Origin: a bacterium
GTDB taxonomy: Bacteria; Patescibacteriota; Minisyncoccia; Phycocordibacterales; CAIZIN01
Assembly (NCBI GenBank): GCA_037131675.1
Contig: JBAXQO010000001.1
Location: forward strand, 25,795-89,794
Length of the DNA: 64,000 nucleotides
Direction of reading: 5' to 3'
Part shown: positions 47,783 through 57,855 of the stretch, piece after piece
Layout: each line of letters opens with the position of its first letter
How positions within the stretch are numbered: position 1 is the stretch's first letter
Program-made: the position numbers and the translations under genes
Notes under the pieces: model-generated
The model's input: the letters and a program-made list of their open reading frames with translations, nothing else
What the model was told of the DNA's origin: nothing
Databases searched by the model: none

Positions 47783-49237
47783 TTACCTCTCCAAATCTAA
47801 CGTTTCATCAATCCTAATCTTCTCAAAAAATTCTGGAACATGACTTACTAAAACCATTGCCCCCTGGTATTCACTAAGTGCCTTGGCGATGATTGGAAGA
47901 TGACGAAAATTTATATGGTTTGTAGGCTCATCAAGAATAAGAAGCCCCGGTTTCTGAAGAACGAGTCTGGCGAAAGCAACTAATCCTTTCTGGCCTTCAG
48001 AAAGACTTCCAATTTTAGTATTTATTAATTCCCCCGTTATCAGAAACCCAGCCGCAGTAGAACGTAAATCTTCTTCAATGTGTTTTTCCATCACACCCAT
48101 GAGTGAATCGTGAACAGTATCCTCAAAATTTAAAGTTGAAAAATCTTGTCTATAGTATCCAACTTTAACACCCTTAGTAATCATTGCACCAACTGCGGTC
48201 CCTTGAGCAAGAGATTCTAGCAATGTACTTTTACCAATACCATTTGGACCTTTCAAAAGTAAGTGTTGATTCCTCTTCAAAATTACTTTTGTTTTTCGAT
48301 GAATAGTTTTATGAGTCTTTGGATCCATAACAGTATATTCAGAAATTTCTAGAATAGTACCGAGAAGATCTTCTGGTACAGGAATTCTAAAAGGTCGAAT
48401 TGTTTTATCTTCCCTTCTAACATCAACTTTTTCCTCTTCAAGCTCTTCAGCTTTTTCTCTCATGCGTCTAGCCACCAGACGCATCTGACCACCTTTGTTT
48501 GCAAAAAAGTTTGCTTTGTCTTTATTTTCTTGTATTTCTTTTGCCAACTGAGCATTCTTGCGATTCTCTTTTTCAATTCGAGCAGAAATTTCTTTGAGTA
48601 AATCGAAATATGTACCAACATACTGTTCTACTTTCCTAGTGAAGACATCTAGGTACAAAACCCCATCTGTAAAAGAGTTCAAAAAATCAGCATCGTGAGA
48701 AATTACAATACAAGTCTTTTTATAATTTTTAATAAAGTCCGTAAGATGAGCGATTCCTTTTTTATCCAAATTATTGGTAGGCTCATCCAAAAGAAGAATG
48801 TCTGGATTTTGAATAATAGCAGATGCCAAGAGAAGTCTTGCTTGCTGTCCGCCAGAAAATGTTTTTATGATTTTGTCATGTGGAGCATGTAGATTTACCA
48901 CCTCCAAAACTTCTTCAATACGTGGGTCGATATCATAAACCTTTTTATCAAAGCATTTTTCAAAAAATTCACGAACAGTAAGAGCAAGATCCTCGCGTGG
49001 AATAACTTGCCGAGAAAGCGCGATTACACCTCTTCCACAATGAATTTCGCCGTCTTCTGGAACAAGTGCACCTGTAATCAATTTAAAAATAGTACTTTTC
49101 CCAGCACCGTTCTGGCCCATAATAGTAATCTTTGATCCTCTTCGTATAGAAAAACTAACCCCATCCAAGATGGGTTTATTGTGTCCAAATTCAAATGACA
49201 CATTATCAAATCTAACAACAACTTCTTCACGAGACAT
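47783..49237 (-). CDS. ABC-F family ATPase (tandem ABC domains, no TMD)
   Basis: Two Walker A (GQNGAGKST, GPNGIGKST), two LSGGQ signatures, inter-domain linker. Confidence 0.75.
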   Translation of the reverse strand: MSREEVVVRFDNVSFEFGHNKPILDGVSFSIRRGSKITIMGQNGAGKSTIFKLITGALVPEDGEIHCGRGVIALSRQVIPREDLALTVREFFEKCFDKKVYDIDPRIEEVLEVVNLHAPHDKIIKTFSGGQQARLLLASAIIQNPDILLLDEPTNNLDKKGIAHLTDFIKNYKKTCIVISHDADFLNSFTDGVLYLDVFTRKVEQYVGTYFDLLKEISARIEKENRKNAQLAKEIQENKDKANFFANKGGQMRLVARRMREKAEELEEEKVDVRREDKTIRPFRIPVPEDLLGTILEISEYTVMDPKTHKTIHRKTKVILKRNQHLLLKGPNGIGKSTLLESLAQGTAVGAMITKGVKVGYYRQDFSTLNFEDTVHDSLMGVMEKHIEEDLRSTAAGFLITGELINTKIGSLSEGQKGLVAFARLVLQKPGLLILDEPTNHINFRHLPIIAKALSEYQGAMVLVSHVPEFFEKIRIDETLDLER

Positions 49238-49295
49238 GTGCTACACCATAACACACAATCGCTTCTTATGCCTAATATATGCTAGGATACTTTGC

Positions 49296-50564
49296 ATGGA
49301 TACGAATCTAGAAACTGGAAAGTCTGTTTGGGACGTTGTAGTCATTGGTGGCGGACCATCTGGCATGATGGCTGCTGGACGTGCTGCAGAACGTGGCACC
49401 AAGGTTATTCTCATTGAAAAAAATGAAAACCTCGGAAAAAAACTTCTAATTTCGGGTGGGGGCCGTTGTAACTTAACCAACGCTGAATTTGATACGCGTA
49501 AATTTCTAGATAAATTTAAAGGCAGTAATAAATTCCTGTTCTCAACATTCTCAAAATGGAATGTGAAAGACACCCTAGACTTTTTTAACTCAAGAAAAAT
49601 GGAAACAAAAATTGAGGCATTTCAACGCGTGTTTCCTATTACAGACAAAGCGCAATCCGTGTTGAATGTTTTAGTAGAATATATGAAACAAGGAAATGTT
49701 ACAGTGATTTCAAATAGTGAAGTTCTGGGCTTTGAGGTAGACAATCAAAAAATAACTGCAATAAAAATTAAAGGTAAAAATAATATTTTCGCTAAGCAAT
49801 TTATTTTAGCAACAGGTGGAACCTCCCACCCAGAAACAGGTTCGACTGGCGACGGTTTTAAGTGGCTACAAAAAATTGGACACGAAATAATAGAACCCAG
49901 CGCAGCACTTGTACCAATCGCACTAAAAGATGATTGGATAAAAGATTTACAAGGTACCACCCTAGAAAAAACAAAAATTTCTATTTTCCAAAATAATGTT
50001 AAACAGGCTTCGCGTATAGGAAAAATTCTTTTTACGCACTTTGGAGTTTCAGGTCCTGCAATTCTAAATATGAGCCAGGAAGTCGGTGAGCTTTTAAAAT
50101 ATGGCGATGTTGTAATTTCATTAGATATTTTACCAGAACTAGATTATGGGCAACTTAACTTAAAACTTCAGGAAATTTTCAAAGAACATAGCAATAAAAA
50201 TTTCAAAAATAGTCTAGCGACATTAATTCCTTCATCATTTGTTCCAATTATTATCAAATTATCTGGTATTAATGGAGATACATTGAGTCATAGCGTAACT
50301 CGAGAACAAAGACTAAACTTGATACAAGTATTAAAATCCATTCCCCTGCATGTTAAAGAATTGTTGGGGGCGGAAAAAGCAATAATCACATCAGGAGGTG
50401 TAAAACCAGAGGAGGTTGACTGGAAATCGATGCATTCCAAAATATTCCCAAATTTGTTTTTAATTGGAGATATTTTAAATATTGATCGCCCATCTGGTGG
50501 CTACAGTTTACAGCTTTGTTGGACCACAGGTTTTGTGGCCGGAGATTCAGTAGAAGTGAACTAA
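49296..50564 (+). CDS. HI0933-family (BaiN-like) FAD-dependent oxidoreductase
   Basis: VVVIGGGPSGMMAAGRAA FAD motif and GGGRCNLTN signature. Start at ATG 49296 after divergent promoter region. Confidence 0.75.
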   Translation: MDTNLETGKSVWDVVVIGGGPSGMMAAGRAAERGTKVILIEKNENLGKKLLISGGGRCNLTNAEFDTRKFLDKFKGSNKFLFSTFSKWNVKDTLDFFNSRKMETKIEAFQRVFPITDKAQSVLNVLVEYMKQGNVTVISNSEVLGFEVDNQKITAIKIKGKNNIFAKQFILATGGTSHPETGSTGDGFKWLQKIGHEIIEPSAALVPIALKDDWIKDLQGTTLEKTKISIFQNNVKQASRIGKILFTHFGVSGPAILNMSQEVGELLKYGDVVISLDILPELDYGQLNLKLQEIFKEHSNKNFKNSLATLIPSSFVPIIIKLSGINGDTLSHSVTREQRLNLIQVLKSIPLHVKELLGAEKAIITSGGVKPEEVDWKSMHSKIFPNLFLIGDILNIDRPSGGYSLQLCWTTGFVAGDSVEVN

Positions 50565-51127
50565 TATTTACGAACAACCCCTTTTACAATAGCCGCTATC
50601 TTTAATTCCTCGGTTGGATATATTGGTTTGAATTTTTTATTTGCAGGTTCCAAATAAACTTTATTCCCCTCTTTTCTATAATATTTCATGGTCCAACCAC
50701 CATCTACCTCAGCAATAACAATATCTCCAACTTTTGGTTCCCCACGCCTCTCAGCTATTACTAGGTCTCCTTCTTGAATACCAGCATCAATCATTGACTC
50801 ACCTTTAACTTCCAGTAAATAAGTAGACTCTTTATGTTCTATTAAATAATTATCAATACTGATAGTATCCAACATATCTTCCTCAGCTGCGGATGGAAAA
50901 CCTGCTTCTACGAGCCCGAGAAGAGGCACTTCATCTAGACGATTATTTGGTATAAGCCTGCCTTTATTGTCTTTAGAAACCACCTCCGCTTCAACAAGTT
51001 TATCTATTAGTTTATATACAGCATTCTTTGATTTAAAACCGACCAAGTCCATAATTTCCTGATAGCTTGGCATTCTGCGATGTCGGTGATAAAAAGAAAC
51101 AATTTTATTTTTATATTCTTCAATCAT
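50561..51127 (-). CDS. lexA: LexA repressor
   Basis: N-terminal wHTH, VEAGFP Ala-Gly cleavage site, S24 peptidase domain (KGESMIDAGI...GDLVIAE) with Ser/Lys dyad. Confidence 0.8.
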   Translation of the reverse strand: MIEEYKNKIVSFYHRHRRMPSYQEIMDLVGFKSKNAVYKLIDKLVEAEVVSKDNKGRLIPNNRLDEVPLLGLVEAGFPSAAEEDMLDTISIDNYLIEHKESTYLLEVKGESMIDAGIQEGDLVIAERRGEPKVGDIVIAEVDGGWTMKYYRKEGNKVYLEPANKKFKPIYPTEELKIAAIVKGVVRKY

Positions 51128-51327
51128 AGTATAAAAGTTGAAACGAGACTAAAAGATTTCTGCAACCAACCGCTTTGGCGATTTAGTCTTTGTAATTGTT
51201 TTAAAAGAAACTTATGTCGCAAGGCCTCTTTACCGTATGAAAGACCTTTGATTATTTTAAGGTCAATCTCATTGTTGAGTTTTCGTATCTCTCCTTCGAT
51301 TGTTTTTTTGAATGTGTGACTACTCAT
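51124..51327 (-). CDS. Small ORF upstream of and overlapping lexA start (ATGA overlap); possible SOS-regulated small protein
   Basis: ATG-initiated 67-aa frame ending at TGA overlapping lexA ATG. Track version starts at GTG 51387. LexA box ~40 nt upstream of the ATG. Confidence 0.25.
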   Translation of the reverse strand: MSSHTFKKTIEGEIRKLNNEIDLKIIKGLSYGKEALRHKFLLKQLQRLNRQSGWLQKSFSLVSTFIL

Positions 51328-51364
51328 GTTTTTATAAGTTATCTTGGCTGATGTATATAGTATA

Positions 51365-51382
51365 GGTGAACAATCGTTCACC
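51365..51382. promoter_or_regulatory. Cheo-box-like LexA operator GGTGAAC-AATC-GTTCACC
   Basis: Perfect 7-4-7 inverted repeat containing GAAC-N4-GTTC, ~240 bp upstream of lexA. Confidence 0.5.
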
Positions 51383-51492
51383 GTCACTGTGGATATGTAA
51401 ACAGAACATATCTGGCGAAAAATGTAAAAAACATTTTTAAAATAATTAGATTAATGGCCGTAAAAAAGAGGTGGGATTTTATAAAATATATA

Positions 51493-52776
51493 TTATTTTA
51501 AAAAAGTAAAAAACATAGCGACAACAGCAGAAGCCATTAGGAAAAAAGTTGCCCAAATAAGCACTTTTGAAAGTGCCCCGCTTTTATGTTCTCCCATTAT
51601 TTTTTCACTACTTGCAATTTTTGCAATTATGAAAATAAGCGGAACAGCAACAATACCGTTAATAACTGCAGTAATCACCAATGCCTTCACTGGATCAATT
51701 CCGATAAAATTAATACATAGACCAACCAAGGTTGCGATGGTAATCACTCCATAAAAACCATGTGCTTTTTTCAGTTTCAAATTAAGACCTTCTCTCCAAT
51801 TAAACGCTTCCGATAAAGCATATGACGCAGATGCTGAAAGAACAGGAACTGCTAGCATGCCTAACCCAACCACCCCAATAGCAAATATTATTTTTGCCAA
51901 AACTCCAGCATATGGAAATGTTTGTACCAAAGGTTCGAGTGCTTTAGCAGCATCAGCAGCTGTGGCAATATCTGTAACACCATTACTATGAAGCACTGTT
52001 GCTGCCACCACAATCATACACCAGCAGGCAATTTGGGAAGAAAGCATCCCTAAAAAATTATCAATCCTTAGAGAACGCATAAAAGACTTTGTAAGTTTTG
52101 GCTTTCCATTATGAATCAGATGTTTTCTGTGTTCCTCTTCTACCTCTTCTGAAGCTTCCCAGAAAAACATATACGGAGAAATTGTCGTTCCAAGAACCCC
52201 TGTGATAATAAAAAAGAAAGAAAAATTAAATTCAATATGAGGAATAAAAGTTGCGTTTAAAATAACACCCCAAGGTTCACGCACAATAAAAACTGTCACA
52301 ACATAAGAGAACAAAGACAACGCCAACCACTTTAATATACGGGCATAGTTAATATAGGAAACAAAAATTTCTAATACTAAAATAACAATGGTGAAAATTA
52401 GAGTGAGAAGAATAAATGGGACAGGAAAAATCAACCCAGCCGCTGCAGCCATCGCACCAAGATCAGCGCCGATATTAATAGTATTTGCTACCAACACCAA
52501 AATAACCATAAAATACAGAACTTTTTTACTATAGTACTCTTTAACAACAGCAGCGATACCCTTTCCAGTCACTGCACCAATACGTGCACAAGCCTCTTGA
52601 ACGGCTGTCATTAGCGGAAGAAGAAATACTACAGCCCAAAGTTGGCCATAACCAAATTGAGCACCGGTTTGAGAATATGTCGCTATACCAGATGGATCAT
52701 CATCCGCTGCGCCGGTAATCAACCCAGGTCCAACAACTTTTTCCAATTTTTTTAATTTTCTTCCGAATTTAAACAC
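51493..52776 (-). CDS. NRAMP-family divalent metal transporter (MntH-like)
   Basis: GPGLITGAADDDPSGIATYSQTGAQFGY matches the Nramp DPGN region. ~11 TM helices. Confidence 0.7.
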   Translation of the reverse strand: MFKFGRKLKKLEKVVGPGLITGAADDDPSGIATYSQTGAQFGYGQLWAVVFLLPLMTAVQEACARIGAVTGKGIAAVVKEYYSKKVLYFMVILVLVANTINIGADLGAMAAAAGLIFPVPFILLTLIFTIVILVLEIFVSYINYARILKWLALSLFSYVVTVFIVREPWGVILNATFIPHIEFNFSFFFIITGVLGTTISPYMFFWEASEEVEEEHRKHLIHNGKPKLTKSFMRSLRIDNFLGMLSSQIACWCMIVVAATVLHSNGVTDIATAADAAKALEPLVQTFPYAGVLAKIIFAIGVVGLGMLAVPVLSASASYALSEAFNWREGLNLKLKKAHGFYGVITIATLVGLCINFIGIDPVKALVITAVINGIVAVPLIFIIAKIASSEKIMGEHKSGALSKVLIWATFFLMASAVVAMFFTFLK

Positions 52777-52892
52777 GAATAAAGTATATCATGACAAATA
52801 TCTTTTTGTTGTATTTATTTTGTGAACTTAGTACTTCCATAGGCAACAAAAAAACAGAGACTAATGTCTCTGTTTTTTCTAATTTTTAATAT

Positions 52893-53678
52893 TTAGAAAC
52901 CAAGAAACCGACTGAAGAAGTTAGCTATGCCGCCAAAGAAACCCTTGGGTTTTTCTTGTTTATTTTCAGTTGATGAAGCAGGTGCAACACCATGATCAAT
53001 AACTGAAGATGCTGCAATTGATGTTCCATTTACAGTACCCTGAACAACAACTATGTCATTCACCGCAACACTAGAAAGTGTTGATGTTGCATTATCTTTT
53101 TGTACAAATGCATTTGTGGCATCTACTGTATACACAACACCTCCTTTGTTAGTAACTGTTAGAGTTGTCCCACTTATAGCAGTTATATTGCCTCCAATAA
53201 CTGGCTGGCCATTGCCTTGAAAATTAGGATTTCGTTTTTGTCCATCAGGCATATTTCCTTTTACAGAAACTCCATCCCTGATATTTGTCGCAACAACATT
53301 GGTACCATCTACTTTACCTTGAACTATAATTTTATCCCCCACAACAATATTTGAAACACTAGAAGTGGCATTATCTTTGGTAACTTTTGAATTTGAGGCG
53401 TCTACAGTATATACAACACTTGTACTGGTGCCGTTTGGACGAACCTGACTATTTACAGTAATTGTTGTTCCACTTATTGAAGCAACTGTTCCAAAAACAC
53501 CAAATTGTCTGTGCACACCTACGCCTCGTTTATTATCACCACTGAAATTCCTATGAGGAGCATTCCCTGCAGTAACGGTATCAGCTAAAGCTGGTAAAGA
53601 AAAAATAAAACTAGATAAAAGTCCAGTCACCACCAACAATGACACATACTTCTTTTTCATATTATAAGATATAAACAT
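52893..53678 (-). CDS. Secreted protein with signal peptide and two ~70-aa internal repeats (DUF5666-like)
   Basis: N-terminal hydrophobic signal + ALA cleavage site. Repeats GT(V/I)ASISGTT(I/L)TV...VVYTVDA(S/T)N...V.(V/I)VQG.V(D/N)GT. Confidence 0.5.
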   Translation of the reverse strand: MFISYNMKKKYVSLLVVTGLLSSFIFSLPALADTVTAGNAPHRNFSGDNKRGVGVHRQFGVFGTVASISGTTITVNSQVRPNGTSTSVVYTVDASNSKVTKDNATSSVSNIVVGDKIIVQGKVDGTNVVATNIRDGVSVKGNMPDGQKRNPNFQGNGQPVIGGNITAISGTTLTVTNKGGVVYTVDATNAFVQKDNATSTLSSVAVNDIVVVQGTVNGTSIAASSVIDHGVAPASSTENKQEKPKGFFGGIANFFSRFLGF

Positions 53679-53934
53679 TATTTAATAACAAATTTAGACA
53701 CTTAAACATAAAGTTGAGTTTTCAACCCAGTGTCTCTCCCCTATATATACGCATTAGAAACAGAGAGAGGTGCATATGTATAATTTATATCTGATTACTT
53801 TATTATAAAAATCTAAATAAAGCCTCTACTGAAACGTATAAAAAAATATTCATGAAGAAAGTACTGTAGACTCAACATTTACAAAGACAAAACCCATTAC
53901 CGCTTGTTAAGATTGATGTATAATCAGAGTAATT

Positions 53935-54522
53935 ATGGCCTATTTCCTAAATCCCCTTATCTCACTTCTACTATCATATAAATATATTACCTTATTTTTG
54001 ATTATATTTTCTGGAGGCATTATAGTGCCATGGCCTGAAAATACTTTATTGTTAGCCACCGGAGCCTTTGCGAGCCAAGGATATCTAAACTTGGCAATAT
54101 CTTTTATAGTAGCACTGACAGCAAACATACTTGGTGATTCAATTGGCTATTATCTGACTAAAAGATGGGGATACAAAATTATCAAAGAGAGTAAAATAAA
54201 AAAATACAAGTATGTAAAACAGGCAGAAAAATATTTATTGGACCATTCAGGGATAACAATTTTTATTTCACGTTTTGTAGGAGCAATAGGACAACTTGTT
54301 AACTTTATGTCTGGGCTTATAGGTATATCATTCCGACATTTTATCCTTTTCGATATTATAGGTAATGCACTAGAAATAGGAATATTTATGGTTGCTGGGT
54401 ATCTACTAGGAAACACGTGGAGAAACTTTTTAGGAATCACTGATATTGTTGGGTGGATACTTCTAGCATTTTTTTTGATAAATATACTTATAAACTTTTT
54501 TAGAAAAATAAAAAAGACTTAG
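53935..54522 (+). CDS. DedA/SNARE-associated family membrane protein
   Basis: Length, TM layout and GDSIGYYLTKRWG pattern typical of DedA. Confidence 0.65.
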   Translation: MAYFLNPLISLLLSYKYITLFLIIFSGGIIVPWPENTLLLATGAFASQGYLNLAISFIVALTANILGDSIGYYLTKRWGYKIIKESKIKKYKYVKQAEKYLLDHSGITIFISRFVGAIGQLVNFMSGLIGISFRHFILFDIIGNALEIGIFMVAGYLLGNTWRNFLGITDIVGWILLAFFLINILINFFRKIKKT

Positions 54523-54660
54523 ATAATTGGCGTGCGGAACATCAGTTACTGTAAATGTGAGGGGCTTTCTTGTCTTTTTATCTCTTTTAAGTAATATACC
54601 TCACCAGATGGATACGGGAATGAATTCCGTATCATTGACAACAAAACAGAAACACAGGCC

Positions 54661-55968
54661 ATGAAAAAAATAATAGCTGGTATCCTTCTCACTGAAGGTA
54701 AGACAAAAGAGGTATTTGCCGTTGAGGGCGACCCTCATGCGGTATTGATTGAATCAAAAGACGACATCACTGCCGGCGATGGCGCCAAACACGACATCTT
54801 AGAAGGCAAAGCGGTGTTCGCGACTCAAACCACTTGCAACGTATTCACTCTCCTTCGGGATTGTGGAATTCCTGTGGCATTTCGTGAGCAAATTGCTCCA
54901 ACTGCATTTACCGCGGACCGCTGCACCATGTTGCCTTACGAGGTAGTGGTTCGACGCGAAGCACACGGTTCCTACCTGAAGCGTATGCCTGGCCTTGCAA
55001 AAGGTCATCTTTTTCCAAAGCTCCTTGTGGAGTTTTTCCTGAAGACAAACAATCGACGTTGGAAGGAGCATGACCTCCTCTGCGACGATCCACTTATGGA
55101 ATACGCAGACGGAAAAATACACCTATACGAACCGTCGAAACCGATCCATGGACAGAAGCCTTTTCTTTCCCTCGATGAAGACGAGGTCTTTTACTCCTTG
55201 GAATGGAAATGCTTCGATAGAATGAGGAAAATCGCCCAACGAGTGTTCCTCATCTTGGAAAAAGCTTGGCAGATTGAAGGTGGAAAGCTTGTCGACTTCA
55301 AGGTCGAGTTTGGTCTCACTAACCTGACATGCGAATTGTGTCTCGCCGATGTTATCGACAATGATTCATGGCGAGTAATAGAAAACGGATCGTATATCGA
55401 CAAACAGGTTTACCGCGATGGTGGCGATCTCAACGAAGTGATGGTGAAATATCGTCGTGTTGCCGAGGTCACAAGCCGTTTCCGTTTACCATCACAACAG
55501 ATCATCATCTGGCGCGGATCTGACAAGGACGACGTGAGTCCAGTGGTGAATGCGCTCGATCAGATGTGTGAAGGTTTCTATGGGGCCTGTCAGCGTCTCA
55601 AACTCATTACGAAAACCTGTTCTATTCACAAGGAACCGATTCGTGGTCTGAACATGCTTCACTCGCTCATTCAGGAGGTGCCAAATTCTGTAGTGATTGC
55701 TTTCATTGGGCGATCCAATGGAGCCGGCCCCACATTGTCCGCACACACAACAGTTCCAGTCATCACAGTTCCGGCGAGTTTCAAAGACTTTCCGGAAGAT
55801 GTCTGGTCTTCACTGCGCACACCTTCAAGCGTGCCGGTCACCACGGTGCTCGAACCCTCGAACGCCGCCATGGCTGCAGTTGAGATTCTAGCTCTCAACA
55901 ATCCGTTTCTTTACATGTTTCTTCGGGAACAGCTCGAAAAGCGATTGGTCAACTGCATTCCAGTCTGA
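54661..55968 (+). CDS. Bifunctional SAICAR synthetase (PurC) - AIR carboxylase (PurE-like) fusion, PAICS-like
   Basis: N-terminal EGKTKEVF...DDITAGDGAKHDILEGKA...LPYEVVVRREAHGS (PurC). C-terminal IIIWRGSDKDDVSPV...IAFIGRSNGAGPTLSAHTTVPVITVPAS (PurE fold). High GC. Confidence 0.7.
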   Translation: MKKIIAGILLTEGKTKEVFAVEGDPHAVLIESKDDITAGDGAKHDILEGKAVFATQTTCNVFTLLRDCGIPVAFREQIAPTAFTADRCTMLPYEVVVRREAHGSYLKRMPGLAKGHLFPKLLVEFFLKTNNRRWKEHDLLCDDPLMEYADGKIHLYEPSKPIHGQKPFLSLDEDEVFYSLEWKCFDRMRKIAQRVFLILEKAWQIEGGKLVDFKVEFGLTNLTCELCLADVIDNDSWRVIENGSYIDKQVYRDGGDLNEVMVKYRRVAEVTSRFRLPSQQIIIWRGSDKDDVSPVVNALDQMCEGFYGACQRLKLITKTCSIHKEPIRGLNMLHSLIQEVPNSVVIAFIGRSNGAGPTLSAHTTVPVITVPASFKDFPEDVWSSLRTPSSVPVTTVLEPSNAAMAAVEILALNNPFLYMFLREQLEKRLVNCIPV

Positions 55969-56085
55969 GTTATTCGAACACTAAACCACACTCCGCGAGG
56001 TAACTCTCGTGGAGTATTTTTTTGTTTATCACCCTCCCCCATTACCCACTCCTAATGATTGCTTTTTATCTAAATATGTGATATA

Positions 56086-57291
56086 ATGCTAAGAGACAGA
56101 AAACAGAACCTTCACATGTATACCTATCCATTACTCCAAAGAGTTTCCGAACTCTACGAAGAGGTGGAGCTCGGTAACGTACTCCTCCTCGCTTGTCAGC
56201 ACCTGCTTGAACCGCAACTGCGAATGTTCGAGCACTTACTCCAGATGGGATTGAAGCCAGAAAACTGTGTAATCGTCGGAAAGAACTATTCCACGAACAC
56301 TGAGGTTATGCAGGAGCTTAAAGCTAAGGGTTGCGTAGTAGCACCCTTCAGCCAAAAGTTTGATCCAATGCAACCATTTGATATTTGGTTTGAGGAAAGA
56401 CTTATCGCTTTTGTTAAAGCGGAAATTTCCAAACACCAGATTGAAAAATATAGCAAAGTGGTTATTCTTGACGATGGCGGCTTTATGCATCTCGTTGTCA
56501 ACGAACTCTGCAAGGACTTCACTACCCTAATTGGGGTTGAACAAACGTCGTCTGGACACCACAAAATCCAGTCTGCAAATATTCAATTTCCTTCAATTTC
56601 TGTAGCACGGTCATACCAGAAACTCATGTTTGAATCTCCCTACATAGGAATAAACGGACATGAAAAGATTATGCAGCATCTTCGGATGCGGCAAAAAAAT
56701 AATCCTAAAGTTCTGGTGATCGGTCTCGGACCTATCGGTAGACAGCTTGCTGGTCAACTTCTCATTTGTGAGAAATTCGATGGCTATGCCGTCGATCCAA
56801 AGCTTGATGAATTGCGACATCGTGGAATGGGCTCGAGAGGAGTGTTTGATTTACTCCGACCCGAACACATCCTTCAACCATGCGAGTTGAAACAAAGGCT
56901 CAAGGAATTTGATCTCATTGTTGGCACAACTGGTTCGCCAGTTCTTACCAATGAAGATATTGAAAACCTCCACCCAGAAGTTTCGCTTGTGAGTATATCG
57001 TCTTCTGATAGAGAGTTTCCAGCGGTGCCATTTAGGCATCACAAAGGAACCCTCCATCAAGATTATGTACTAGGTGCTCGCACCTTGGTAAACGGTGGTT
57101 TCCCGATCACCTTTGATGGACTGAGACATGGTATGCCTCCGCAACAAATCGAGTTAACGATAGCACTCCTTATTATTCGTCTCTTAGATGGGATAGATAA
57201 TCAATTGCAACACCTACCAAGCGTTGTCGAACAAATCCGATTAATGTGGCAGCCGGATGAAGGAGTGAATAACTGGTACAAAAAACCTTAG
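56086..57291 (+). CDS. Divergent S-adenosylhomocysteine-hydrolase-like NAD-binding protein
   Basis: LLLACQHL..., NYSTNTE, VILDDGG, VEQTSSG, VLVIGLGPIGRQLA, IVGTTGS line up with AHCY blocks (GCLHMT, NIFSTQD, ILDDGGD, EETTTGV, VAGYGDVGKG, VTTTGC). Catalytic His of the HFD block not conserved. Confidence 0.45.
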   Translation: MLRDRKQNLHMYTYPLLQRVSELYEEVELGNVLLLACQHLLEPQLRMFEHLLQMGLKPENCVIVGKNYSTNTEVMQELKAKGCVVAPFSQKFDPMQPFDIWFEERLIAFVKAEISKHQIEKYSKVVILDDGGFMHLVVNELCKDFTTLIGVEQTSSGHHKIQSANIQFPSISVARSYQKLMFESPYIGINGHEKIMQHLRMRQKNNPKVLVIGLGPIGRQLAGQLLICEKFDGYAVDPKLDELRHRGMGSRGVFDLLRPEHILQPCELKQRLKEFDLIVGTTGSPVLTNEDIENLHPEVSLVSISSSDREFPAVPFRHHKGTLHQDYVLGARTLVNGGFPITFDGLRHGMPPQQIELTIALLIIRLLDGIDNQLQHLPSVVEQIRLMWQPDEGVNNWYKKP

Positions 57292-57412
57292 CAACGGACC
57301 ATCTTGAAAAAGATGGTCCGTTTTATTATTTAGTATAGGATGTTTTTTAAGAAATTGTTGGTGATATAAACTTGAAACCCTTGAGAACTCGAGGCTTTAA
57401 AAAAATAATATG

Positions 57413-57835
57413 TTATTTCTTTTTTGTTGAAAATGCTCCGACTACAAGCAATACACAGGAAACGATTGGAGCCCAGAGAATTACAGTAAGCCCTGCCATA
57501 AAAATAAACTCTACTATATAAAGTGATGGAGCACTAAAATGAACAGGCTCGGGTACTTGTCCAAATATAACTAGAACTGGAATGAATGCGATAATTTGAG
57601 TAGTTACAATTATAGCTAATATTTTTACTAGCCAGTCCTCAAGTCGTCGCTTTGATAATTCAAGAATCACATAATTGGCGATGAAAAAGGCAATGATAGT
57701 GCTATAGCTCAAAAGAGAGTTTTCAGTCAAAGCAGAAACGTTCCTATACAGAGCATCCAAAAGTGTTGGAAAAAATAAATATAGAACGCCCGCAAACTGG
57801 AATCTATCAATTAATTTTTTTACTTCTTCTTTCAT
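57413..57835 (-). CDS. Hypothetical membrane protein
   Basis: Four predicted TM helices. No motif. Confidence 0.35.
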   Translation of the reverse strand: MKEEVKKLIDRFQFAGVLYLFFPTLLDALYRNVSALTENSLLSYSTIIAFFIANYVILELSKRRLEDWLVKILAIIVTTQIIAFIPVLVIFGQVPEPVHFSAPSLYIVEFIFMAGLTVILWAPIVSCVLLVVGAFSTKKK

Positions 57836-57855
57836 TCTTTCTGTTGGTTAATTTA

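Noticed and set aside
51396-51414. Second possible LexA half-site GAACATATCTGG near 51400
   Set aside because: Only one GAAC half with no matching GTTC partner at N4 spacing. Not counted as an operator.
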